This document shows positions 40,842-49,209 of a stretch of DNA of 64,000 nucleotides, in pieces (positions within the stretch are counted from its first letter, which is position 1; each line of letters begins with the position of its first letter). This DNA comes from Longimicrobiales bacterium. GTDB taxonomy: Bacteria; Gemmatimonadota; Gemmatimonadetes; Longimicrobiales; Gaopeijiaceae. The notes below the pieces were generated by a model. It was not told where the DNA came from. It did not search any database and saw only the letters and a program-made list of their open reading frames with translations. The DNA lies in NCBI GenBank assembly GCA_963664435.2, contig CAXXKM010000001.1:1-64000 (forward strand), given 5' to 3'. The translations under genes were made by a program, and so were the position numbers.

Positions 40842-41638
40842 CGGCGTCGGCGGACAGGGCGGAATACCGGACCATCGTGGTTGAGCGCGAAGGCCCCGTC
40901 GCGACCGTGCGCATCAACCGGCCCGACAAGCTGAACGCCCTCAACGCCGTGGTGCGGCGCGAGATCGCGCAGGCGATGGACCGGCTGGCCGAGGACGACG
41001 CCGTGCGGGTCGCCGTCCTGTGCGGGACCGGCGAGAAGGCCTTCGCGGCGGGCGCCGACGTCTCCGAGTTCGCCGGGCGCACCGCCGGCGAGCAGCGGGA
41101 GGTCTACCGGCGCCGGCGCGTGTACGACGCGGTGGCCGCCTTCCCCAAGCCTCTCATAGCCGCCATCCACGGTTTCTGCCTGGGGGGCGGGGTCGAACTG
41201 GCGCTCGCCTGCGACGTGCGCGTCGCCGACCCGAGCGCCCGCTTCGGCCAGTTCGAGATTCGTCTGGGGCTGATTCCGGGCGCCGGCGGTACCCAGCGTC
41301 TGGCGCGCCTGGTCGGGCCGGGTCAGGCTGCCCGCATCGCGCTCAGCGGCGACGTGGTCGACGCGGCCGAAGCCCACCGCATCGGCCTGGTGGAGATCCT
41401 CGCCGACGAGGGCGAGCACCTCGCCCGGGCACGGGAGCTGGCCGGACGCATGGCGCGCTGGAGCCCGGTCGCGCTCGGGCTGGTCAAGGAGTCGCTCGGG
41501 GCCGCCGCCGAGACGCCGCTGGCCGAGGGGCTGGCGCTTGAGAAGGAACTCTTCCTCGCGGCCTTCGCAAGCGCCGATGGGCGCGAGGGCGTACGCGCGT
41601 TCGTGGAGAAGCGCCGCCCGGAGTTCCGCGGACGATGA
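40838..41638 (+). CDS. Enoyl-CoA hydratase (PaaF/crotonase-like)
   Basis: NRPDKLNALN, FAAGAD, GGGVELALACD, EIRLGLIPGAGGTQRL; TTGA overlap with upstream gene. Confidence 0.9.
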   Translation: MTASADRAEYRTIVVEREGPVATVRINRPDKLNALNAVVRREIAQAMDRLAEDDAVRVAVLCGTGEKAFAAGADVSEFAGRTAGEQREVYRRRRVYDAVAAFPKPLIAAIHGFCLGGGVELALACDVRVADPSARFGQFEIRLGLIPGAGGTQRLARLVGPGQAARIALSGDVVDAAEAHRIGLVEILADEGEHLARARELAGRMARWSPVALGLVKESLGAAAETPLAEGLALEKELFLAAFASADGREGVRAFVEKRRPEFRGR

Positions 41639-41886
41639 ACCGGGTGAAGCTGGTGCGCGCCGCGGCCACGATCTACTTCGTGCTGTTCCTGATCTTCGTC
41701 ACCTGGCCGGGCTTCGTCCCCTTCAACCGTCCCCTTCCCCCGGTGCTGGGCCTGCCCTTCAACATGGCCGCGATCGCGCTCTGGGTGGGGTTCGGGGCGG
41801 TGGTGCTCTTCGTGCTGGACCGCTCCGAGGAGCGAAACCGCGCCGGCGGACCCGGGCAGGACGCGCAGGACGGAGGTGCCGGGTAG
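41635..41886 (+). CDS. Small two-TM symporter accessory protein (DUF3311-like)
   Basis: WPGF..FNR..P.VLGLPF motif; ATGA overlap upstream, abuts the SSS gene. Confidence 0.7.
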   Translation: MNRVKLVRAAATIYFVLFLIFVTWPGFVPFNRPLPPVLGLPFNMAAIALWVGFGAVVLFVLDRSEERNRAGGPGQDAQDGGAG

Positions 41887-43437
41887 ATGGAGCGCTGGCA
41901 GCTGATCGCGGGGCTGATCCTGGTCTACCTGGCGGTGACGCTGGGGATCGGACTGGCGGCGGGCCGGCGGGCTTCACGCAGCGTGACCGGATACGTGGCC
42001 GGAGACCGCCGCTTCGGGCTCCTCGTGATGTACTTCGTCACCGGGGCGACCGTCTTTTCCGCCTTCGCCTTCCTGGGCGGGCCCGGCTGGGCCTACTCCC
42101 GCGGCGCCGCCGCCTTCTACATCCTCTCCTACGGCGCCCTCGGCATCGCTCCCTGGTACTTCATCGGGCCCCGCACGGCCGCCCTGGGGCGGCGCTTCGG
42201 CTACGTCACCCAGGCGCAGCTACTGGTCGGGCGCTTCCCTTCCCGTTTCCTCTCCGCGCTGATGGCGGCGCTCTCCGTGGCCGCGTTCGTGCCCTACATC
42301 ACCCTGCAGATGCGGGGCGCGGGCATCGTCATCGAGGCGGTCACCGACGGCCACGTCCCGCTGGCCGCGGGGGCGGCGATCGCCTACGGCATCGTGGCCC
42401 TGTACGTGCTGGCCAGCGGGGTGGCCGCGGTGGGGTGGACCAACACCTTCCAGGGCATCTTCATGGTCGCGATCGCGTGGTCGCTCGGCATCTACCTGCC
42501 CTTCCGGCTCTACGGGGGGGTGGGGGAGATGTTCGGGCGCATCCTCGCCGAGCGCCCCGAGATGCTCTCCGTCCCGGGCCTCACCGCCGCGGGCGATCCC
42601 TGGAGCTGGGGCGGCTACTCGAGCGCCATCCTGGTGAGCGCGATCGGGCTCATGATGTGGCCCCATCTCTTCATGAAGGCCTTCACCGCGCGCGACGACC
42701 GGACGCTCCGCCGAACCGTGGTCCTCTTCCCAACCTTCCAGCTCTTCCTGATCCCGGTCTTCCTGATCGGCTTCGCCGGGGTGCTGCTGCCGGAGTCGCC
42801 CGCCGACGCCGACTTCATCCTCCCCTTCCTCATCCTTCGCTCCGAGCTGCCGGTGCTGGTCGTGGGCCTGTTCTGCGCGGGCGCCCTCTCGGCGTCGATG
42901 TCGACCGGGGACGCGCTCCTGCACGCCGCGGCATCCGTGACGGTGGAGGACGGCGTCGGCCCCTTCCGCCGGTTGAGCGACGCCGCCCAGCGCCGCCTGA
43001 TGCGGATTCTCGTCCTCGTGGTGGGAGTGGTCGCGTACTGGTTCGCGCTGGACGAGGACTCCTCGCTGGTGGTGCTGCTGCTCAGCGCCTACGGCATCAT
43101 CTGCCAGTTCGCGCCCCCCATCTGCGCGGCGCTCTTCTGGCGGCGGGCCACCACACCGGGAGTCGTGGCCGGTCTGGTCGCGGGTTCGGCGACGGCGGTC
43201 TTCTTCTTCACCACCGGGTATCTGGGGATGGAACTGCGCCCTCTCGACCTGCACGAGGGCGTCCTGGGGCTCATGGTCCACATTCCGGTGCTGGTGGGGG
43301 TCAGCCTCGCCACCCGGCCTCAGGACCGGAACCACACCGACGCCTTCCTGAACCCGCGAGGCTCACCGGGAACCGGGGAATCCGGCGGAGGTACCCCGGG
43401 CAGCGAGCGAATCGCACGGGATACCCAACGTGGATGA
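41887..43437 (+). CDS. Sodium:solute symporter family transporter
   Basis: YVAGDRR, FSAFAFLGGPG, AVGWTN, WPH, ALSASMST; many TM segments. Confidence 0.9.
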   Translation: MERWQLIAGLILVYLAVTLGIGLAAGRRASRSVTGYVAGDRRFGLLVMYFVTGATVFSAFAFLGGPGWAYSRGAAAFYILSYGALGIAPWYFIGPRTAALGRRFGYVTQAQLLVGRFPSRFLSALMAALSVAAFVPYITLQMRGAGIVIEAVTDGHVPLAAGAAIAYGIVALYVLASGVAAVGWTNTFQGIFMVAIAWSLGIYLPFRLYGGVGEMFGRILAERPEMLSVPGLTAAGDPWSWGGYSSAILVSAIGLMMWPHLFMKAFTARDDRTLRRTVVLFPTFQLFLIPVFLIGFAGVLLPESPADADFILPFLILRSELPVLVVGLFCAGALSASMSTGDALLHAAASVTVEDGVGPFRRLSDAAQRRLMRILVLVVGVVAYWFALDEDSSLVVLLLSAYGIICQFAPPICAALFWRRATTPGVVAGLVAGSATAVFFFTTGYLGMELRPLDLHEGVLGLMVHIPVLVGVSLATRPQDRNHTDAFLNPRGSPGTGESGGGTPGSERIARDTQRG

Positions 43438-43492
43438 ACGGGACACCCAACGTGGATGAACGGGATACCCAGCGTGGATGAACGGGATACCC
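43416..43492 (+). repeat. 22-bp tandem repeat, 3.5 copies (ACGGGAYACCCARCGTGGATGA)
   Basis: Units at 43416, 43438, 43460 and partial 43482; spans the SSS stop and the chorismate mutase start. Confidence 0.9.
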
Positions 43493-43858
43493 GAGGCAGG
43501 GATGCCCGGCATGGATGAGCCCACGGGAGCGGCAGGCCCGCCTCAGGAGCGGCTGGCTCGCATGCGGGAAGTGATGAGCGAGGTGACCGATCGGCTCATC
43601 GAACTGATGGGGGAACGCCGCGACCTCGCCATCGAGATCGGGAGGGTGAAGGAGGAGCTGGGCCTTCCGGTCCTGGACCCGGGGCGCGAAGCCCGGATGG
43701 TGCGCCAGGCCGCCGTGCGGGCGCGTGAACTGGGCGTGGACCCGGAGATGGCGCGCGACATCCTGTGGCGGATCATCGCCTCCGCGCGCGAGGCTCAGGG
43801 AGGACGCCGGCCGGGATGGCCCGACCCGCCGCCAACGGAACCGGCCGGCAGCAGGTAG
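43478..43858 (+). CDS. Chorismate mutase, AroQ (type II) monofunctional
   Basis: L..MR..M.EV..RLIELMGERRDLAIEIGRVK..LPVLDPGRE; alternative starts 43502 and 43511. Confidence 0.8.
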   Translation: MNGIPEAGMPGMDEPTGAAGPPQERLARMREVMSEVTDRLIELMGERRDLAIEIGRVKEELGLPVLDPGREARMVRQAAVRARELGVDPEMARDILWRIIASAREAQGGRRPGWPDPPPTEPAGSR

Positions 43859-43949
43859 CCCGAGGCCGGCGGTCGGCCTGCCGGGGCCGGAGGGCGGGCC
43901 GAGGGCGCTTCAGTGCCGCGCGCCGGCCGTCAGACGAAAATCCGACCCG

Positions 43950-44201
43950 CTAGTTCGGGCTGACCGAAACGAACTGGCGGTTCCTGCGCCGCTCGAACTT
44001 CACCACACCGTCCACCAGCGCGAACAGGGTGTCGTCGCCGCCCCTCTTCACGTTGGTGCCGGGATGGAAGCGGGTGCCCCGCTGGCGCACGAGGATGCTG
44101 CCCGCGGTCACGGGCTGACCGCCGTAGCGCTTGACGCCCAGGAACTTCGGATTCGAGTCCCGTCCGTTTCGGCTTGATCCCACGCCTTTCTTGTGTGCCA
44201 T
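43950..44201 (-). CDS. rpmA: 50S ribosomal protein L27
   Basis: [37 protein letters not shown]. Confidence 0.98.
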   Translation of the reverse strand: MAHKKGVGSSRNGRDSNPKFLGVKRYGGQPVTAGSILVRQRGTRFHPGTNVKRGGDDTLFALVDGVVKFERRRNRQFVSVSPN

Positions 44202-44243
44202 CCCGATTCCTTCCCTGCTCGGCGTCCAGCAGCCCGCGGACTG

Positions 44244-44558
44244 CTAGGTGACGATCTCGTCAATGCGTACTTCGGTGAACTTCTGGCGATGCCCCTGCTT
44301 CTTGCGGTATCCCTTGCGGCGCTTGCGCTTGAAGATGATGACCTTCTGGTCCTTTCCGTGCGCCAGCACTTCGGCCCGCACTGCGGCGCCTTCCACGGTG
44401 GGCGTCCCGACCTCCGGATCGCCATCGCCGCCGCCGGTCATCAGCACGCGGTCGAACGTGACCGTGGAGCCCTCCTCGGCAGCAAGCGCAGGGATCCGCA
44501 CCCGGAGACCGGGCTCGGCCCTGAACTGCTTTCCGCCGGTTTCGAACACCGCGTACAT
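44244..44558 (-). CDS. rplU: 50S ribosomal protein L21
   Basis: MYAVFETGGKQFR, FKRKRRKGYRKKQGHRQ. Confidence 0.97.
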   Translation of the reverse strand: MYAVFETGGKQFRAEPGLRVRIPALAAEEGSTVTFDRVLMTGGGDGDPEVGTPTVEGAAVRAEVLAHGKDQKVIIFKRKRRKGYRKKQGHRQKFTEVRIDEIVT

Positions 44559-44625
44559 GCCTGCCTCTTCGTGTAGATGGAGATCCCGGACACAGGACTG
44601 TGCTACGAAGCTCCGCAGCCCGAAA

Positions 44626-44653
44626 AAGCTACAGAGTCCCCGGTCAAGGTCAA
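44626..44653 (-). promoter_or_regulatory. Sigma70-type promoter of rplU-rpmA
   Basis: TTGACC-16 nt-TAGCTT on the minus strand about 70 bp upstream of rplU. Confidence 0.55.
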
Positions 44654-44734
44654 GGGGCGCGGCGCGCTGGCAACCGGCAAGGTCGTTCGATCCCGCCCGG
44701 GCGCGGTCGCGCGCACCGCGGGCCGGAGCCGCGC

Positions 44735-46249
44735 CTATACGGTCGCGTACTTCCCGGTCACGTCCACCTGGGCCCGGCCCGAGAGCAGACGAAACTGGTC
44801 TTCGCCCAGCAGGGGATCGTCCCGCAGGCTGATCTGAAGGCCGGTGGCGCTCGACACCCGATTGCGGAAGTCCGGCTCCGAGTCGAGCACATGCAGGGCC
44901 ACTTCCGGATGGATGCGCACCGTCAGCATGCTCTCGGCCTTGGCGGCTGCGGCGCGCCTGAGGCTGCGCTCCACCCGGCGCATCACGGTGTCGGGCGCGA
45001 AGACCCGGCCCAGTCCTCCGCAGTGGGTGCACGGGTCCGTGATCGAGGTGAAGATCGACGGGCGCACCCGCTGGCGGGTCATCTCGATCAGCCCGAGTTC
45101 GGACACGGCGAACGCGCGGGTGCGGGCGCGGTCGCGCCCCAGGTGGGTGCGCAGTTCGTGCAGCACCCGGTCGCGGTCCTTCTGCGTGTCCATGTCGATG
45201 AAGTCCACGACCACGATTCCGCCGACATCGCGGAGCCGTAGCTGGCGGGCGATTTCGCGCGCCGCCTCCAGGTTGGTCTTCAGGATGAGCGATGCGGGAT
45301 CGTTCTTCTTCTTGCCGGCGAAGCGCCCGGTGTTCACGTCGATCGAAACCAGCGCCTCGGTAGGCTCGATCACGACATGGCCACCGGACTTGAGCCCGAC
45401 CTTGCGCCGGAAGGAGCGGTGGATCTCCTCCTCGATGCCGCGGACGTCGAACAGCGGCTCCCGGTCCTGATAGAGCTTCAGGCGGTCCAGCAGATCCGGC
45501 GCCACGCTCCGCACGTAACTCTCGATCTCGCCGAAGATGACGGGCGCATCCACCGTCAGCGAGTCGAACTTGTCGCTGAACAGGTCCCGGATGACGCCGC
45601 TGATCAACCGCGCTTCGCGGCGCACGACCCCGGGCCCGGAAGCGGCCTTCGCGGTCCGCTGGATCTCCAGCCAGCTTCCCCGCAGACTCTCGAACTCGCG
45701 CGCGAACCGCTTCTCGGTCGCCTCCTCCCCCACGGTGCGGACGATCACCCCGCCTGAATCGGCCGGAATCACCTTGCGGGCGAGAGCCCGGAGTCTCGAC
45801 CGCTGCCTGCGGTCCTCGATCTTGCGGCTCACGCCGACGCGCGACGAGAACGGCATGTAGACGAGGAAGCGGCCGGCCAGCGAGACCTGGGCGGTCAGAC
45901 GCGGCCCCTTTGTGCCGATGGGCTCCTTGGTGACCTGCACGGTCACCCGGTCGCCCTTGTTCAGCAGCTTCTGGATCGAGCGCTGCTGGCCATCCCGGCC
46001 GTTCCTGGACGGTTCGCCGTCTTCGTGAACCACGTCCGAGACGTGCAGGAAGCCCGCCTTCTCGACACCGATGTCAACGAAGGCCGCCTGAATGCCGGGA
46101 AGTACCGCCTCCACGCGGCCCAGGAACACGTCACCTACCAACCGTCCCTGGTCCGGGCGGTCCAGCATGAGTTCTACGAGTCTTTTGTCTTCCAGCAGCG
46201 CCACTCGCGTCTCGCGCGAGGACGCGCTGATGATGATTTCTCTCCTCAA
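44735..46249 (-). CDS. rng: Ribonuclease E/G family (RNase G-sized)
   Basis: AAFVDIG, QVTKEPIGTKGPRLT, TEALVSIDVNTG, RQLRLRDVGGIVVVDFIDM, CTHCGG. Confidence 0.92.
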   Translation of the reverse strand: MRREIIISASSRETRVALLEDKRLVELMLDRPDQGRLVGDVFLGRVEAVLPGIQAAFVDIGVEKAGFLHVSDVVHEDGEPSRNGRDGQQRSIQKLLNKGDRVTVQVTKEPIGTKGPRLTAQVSLAGRFLVYMPFSSRVGVSRKIEDRRQRSRLRALARKVIPADSGGVIVRTVGEEATEKRFAREFESLRGSWLEIQRTAKAASGPGVVRREARLISGVIRDLFSDKFDSLTVDAPVIFGEIESYVRSVAPDLLDRLKLYQDREPLFDVRGIEEEIHRSFRRKVGLKSGGHVVIEPTEALVSIDVNTGRFAGKKKNDPASLILKTNLEAAREIARQLRLRDVGGIVVVDFIDMDTQKDRDRVLHELRTHLGRDRARTRAFAVSELGLIEMTRQRVRPSIFTSITDPCTHCGGLGRVFAPDTVMRRVERSLRRAAAAKAESMLTVRIHPEVALHVLDSEPDFRNRVSSATGLQISLRDDPLLGEDQFRLLSGRAQVDVTGKYATV

Positions 46250-46301
46250 ATCCCTGGTTTCTCCGCGAGTCGCGGGGCCCGGGACCGCCCGAGGGCGTCC
46301 C

Positions 46302-47543
46302 CTACCCCACCTTAAGCTCTGCGGTCCTCCCGCTTCCGCCGGCCTCGCGCACCAGGTGTCGAGCGATCAGCAAGCGCTGGATTTCGCTCGTGCCCTCTCC
46401 GATTTCGCACACTTTCGCGTCGCGAAACATCCGTTCCACCGGGTAGTCGTTCGTGTACCCGGCTCCTCCCATGAGCTCGACCGCTTCCGTGGTGGCGCGC
46501 ATCGACAACTCCGAGGCGAACAGCTTCGCCATGGAGGCTTCCTTCGAGAAGGGGCGTCCCTGATCCTTGAGCCAGGCCGCGTGGTACGTCAGGTGCTTGG
46601 CGGCCTGGATCCCCGTGGCCATGTCGGACAAGCGGAATTGTACCGCCTGAAAGTCGTAAATCCTGTGCCCGTAACGTTTCCGTTGCAACGTATACTCCAG
46701 GGCGGCGTCAAAAGCTCCCTCGGCGATGCCCAGAGCCAGCGCGGCGATGCCGATGCGCCCGGCGTCGAGGGTGCGCATGAAGTTGACGAAGCCCTCGCCC
46801 TCGGCTCCGAGCCGGTTTTCGGCCGGAACGAAGACATCGTCCAGCACCAGCTCCCGGGTATCCGACGCCCGCCACCCCATCTTGTCTTCCTTGCCGCCGG
46901 CCCGCACCCCTGCGGTGAACTCGAGTTCCGCGCTGTGTCCGACGCCCAGACGGCGCGCCGTCTCCAGGTCGCAGGTCGGCTTGGTGACGATGAAGCTGGT
47001 GATGCCGCGGGTGCTGCGCGCCGGATTGGTGAGCGCCGTGATGGTGAAGATCTCCCCGACGCCGGCGTGGGTGATGAAGATCTTGGACCCGTTGATGCGG
47101 TAGCCGTTTCCCTCGCGCACGGCGCGCGTGCGGGTGCCCGCCGAGTCCGAACCCGCCGCCGGCTCGGTGAGCCCGAAGCCCCCCAGCACGCGGCCGCTGG
47201 CGAGCAGGGGCAGGAATCTCCGCTTCTGCGCCTCCGTCCCGAAGGTCAGGATCGGGCTCGCTCCCAGCGTGGTGTGCGCCGACACCGTGATGGCGTGGCT
47301 GGCGTCGTGACGCGCCAGCTCCTCTACGACGAGGATGTAGCTCAGATAGTCGCGTCCCATCCCCCCGTATTCTTCGGGGATGGGGACCCCGAGTAGTCCC
47401 ATCTCGCCCATCGCGCGCACGCTCTCCCACGGAAAGGTCTGGGTGCGGTCCATCTCGCCGGCGATCGGCGCGACGTGTTCCAGGGCGAAGGCACGCACCC
47501 GGCTGCGCAGACGGGTGTGTTTCGGACGGAGATAGGCGTCCAT
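46302..47543 (-). CDS. Acyl-CoA dehydrogenase
   Basis: [59 protein letters not shown]. Confidence 0.93.
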   Translation of the reverse strand: MDAYLRPKHTRLRSRVRAFALEHVAPIAGEMDRTQTFPWESVRAMGEMGLLGVPIPEEYGGMGRDYLSYILVVEELARHDASHAITVSAHTTLGASPILTFGTEAQKRRFLPLLASGRVLGGFGLTEPAAGSDSAGTRTRAVREGNGYRINGSKIFITHAGVGEIFTITALTNPARSTRGITSFIVTKPTCDLETARRLGVGHSAELEFTAGVRAGGKEDKMGWRASDTRELVLDDVFVPAENRLGAEGEGFVNFMRTLDAGRIGIAALALGIAEGAFDAALEYTLQRKRYGHRIYDFQAVQFRLSDMATGIQAAKHLTYHAAWLKDQGRPFSKEASMAKLFASELSMRATTEAVELMGGAGYTNDYPVERMFRDAKVCEIGEGTSEIQRLLIARHLVREAGGSGRTAELKVG

Positions 47544-47559
47544 CAGCCCATCCCTGCTT

Positions 47560-47620
47560 CATGTGTTACATCATATGACATATGATAAGACATATTATTG
47601 AATGGAGTTATATGATGTAT
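47560..47620. promoter_or_regulatory. AT-rich promoter/operator patch upstream of the acyl-CoA dehydrogenase
   Basis: Inverted repeat TACATCATAT (47567-76) / ATATGATGTA (47610-19), palindrome TCATATGA, repeated CATAT. Confidence 0.6.
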
Positions 47621-47771
47621 GCCAGAAGAGCCACGAAGGCCGGTATCCGGGTTGGAGGGGCAGCAGTGCATGTGGGATCATACACCGGGAATGTCGATAG
47701 GATGCGGAATGAGGAGGAGCGGTTCGACGGGTGTCCGGCACGGCCTCGGCGCCTCCAGCCCTCTCCGCCGG

Positions 47772-48929
47772 TCAAGGGTTGAAGCCGATTTCCCAGATGC
47801 CGGCGCGGAGGTATCCAGGTCCGGAGAACTCGCCCACCCAGAGTGCATCGTCTCCCAGGAAGTCGACGACCACCACGCCCTCCATCCTGGTGCGCGCGAG
47901 CACGGTTGCCGTGTTCAGGTCGATGATGTCGATCTGGCCGTCGAATCGATCGATGGTTTCGAGGCCGGATTTCATCGCGAGCCTGACGCGCCCGTCGGGT
48001 CCACGGCGCTCCTCCATCATGTCGAGCCAGTCTTCCCGAAGCTGCCAGCTCAGGACCCACAGCCGGTCATCGGAATCGACGCGAAGCGCTCGTATCGTAC
48101 TTGAAGGAGGATTGTCCGAGGACTCGGGAGCTTCCGGATCGCGCGGTGGATCGTTGAAAGCGGGATCGATGAATCCCGTGATGCGGCGGCCGGTTTCGCT
48201 CCACACCTCGATCTCGTAACGGCGGTATACCGGCGAAGAAAAGGTCCGATGCGCGGCATCCGTGGTGATGATCCGATGGAACTGCGTCGAGGCCGACCGG
48301 TCATTGGCGAGAACGATCGTGCCTCCAAAGGAACTCGTGACCTGTGCACCCTGCAGGATGTGGAGGGGCAGATCGCCGGCATCGGGAGCGGGGTACTGCA
48401 TGTTCAGCACCCACCGCTCACCATCTCCCAGAGGACGAACAGCGTTGAAGTAGGCGGGAATGCTCTCGTCCTCGATGAGAGCGAAGTCCGGGCCCACAAT
48501 GCTGTGGCGGCCGTTCCCGGCGTCGAATACGTGGACACGCCCTTCGCGGTCCGCGAGGACGGGCATGGCGTTTTCCCACTCCAACGGCCCCTCCCCGGCG
48601 CGGCCGACTTCGCCCACGAAGTTGCCTTCGGCGTCGAAGACCTTCACCGCCTCGTACTGTCCGAACCAGTAGTTGCCGACGCTATCGCGGACCAGGTGGA
48701 AGGCGGCTCGCAGATACCCCTCACCGATCGTGTCGCCCATGACCAGCACCTGCTCGAGCGTGATGCAGTCCTCGCAGAGGGACTCCGATTCGCGGATGAG
48801 CCGGACCTCGGTGCTGTCGGTGACGTCGGTCCAGTGGGCGCGGGAAGGCTCGTCGGGTGGGGCGCAGGCGAGGAAGAATCCGGCACCGATCAGGCTCGCG
48901 AGAGCGATGGGCGAGGGCGAAGCGTTCAT
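47772..48929 (-). CDS. 6-bladed beta-propeller (NHL-like) lipoprotein
   Basis: FFLA-C lipobox; VKVFDAEGNFVGEVGRAGEGPLE; RVDSDDRLWV. Confidence 0.75.
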   Translation of the reverse strand: MNASPSPIALASLIGAGFFLACAPPDEPSRAHWTDVTDSTEVRLIRESESLCEDCITLEQVLVMGDTIGEGYLRAAFHLVRDSVGNYWFGQYEAVKVFDAEGNFVGEVGRAGEGPLEWENAMPVLADREGRVHVFDAGNGRHSIVGPDFALIEDESIPAYFNAVRPLGDGERWVLNMQYPAPDAGDLPLHILQGAQVTSSFGGTIVLANDRSASTQFHRIITTDAAHRTFSSPVYRRYEIEVWSETGRRITGFIDPAFNDPPRDPEAPESSDNPPSSTIRALRVDSDDRLWVLSWQLREDWLDMMEERRGPDGRVRLAMKSGLETIDRFDGQIDIIDLNTATVLARTRMEGVVVVDFLGDDALWVGEFSGPGYLRAGIWEIGFNP

Positions 48930-49209
48930 GGGGTGAGCGATTCCGTGGGGAGCTGCGACGTGAGAGACATCCGGGTTGGTCCGCGGGCGGTTTTCGGCCT
49001 GCTCGAGCCCGTTGCCCTGCGGCAGAGGAGCAGTGGCCTCGAAGCACGTCAAGGTAGGGGACTTCTGAGCGGGTTCGCCACAAGGACCACGTGCTGGATG
49101 TGCTCCTATCATCGCCGCGCATCAGTCCATTACCCTTCGTATTACAGGTGGTATTACGCTCCTTGCACCGGACTCCCGCAATGGGGCCGTGTGCGTGTGG
49201 CGAGGGCCA

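Noticed and set aside
43416..43492. Possible mini-CRISPR (also 38675-38751 and 60768-60845)
   Set aside because: Head-to-tail repeats without unique spacers of CRISPR length, and no cas genes
43950..46249. rng-rplU-rpmA order without a prp gene
   Set aside because: Common arrangement; L27 lacks the N-terminal extension that needs Prp
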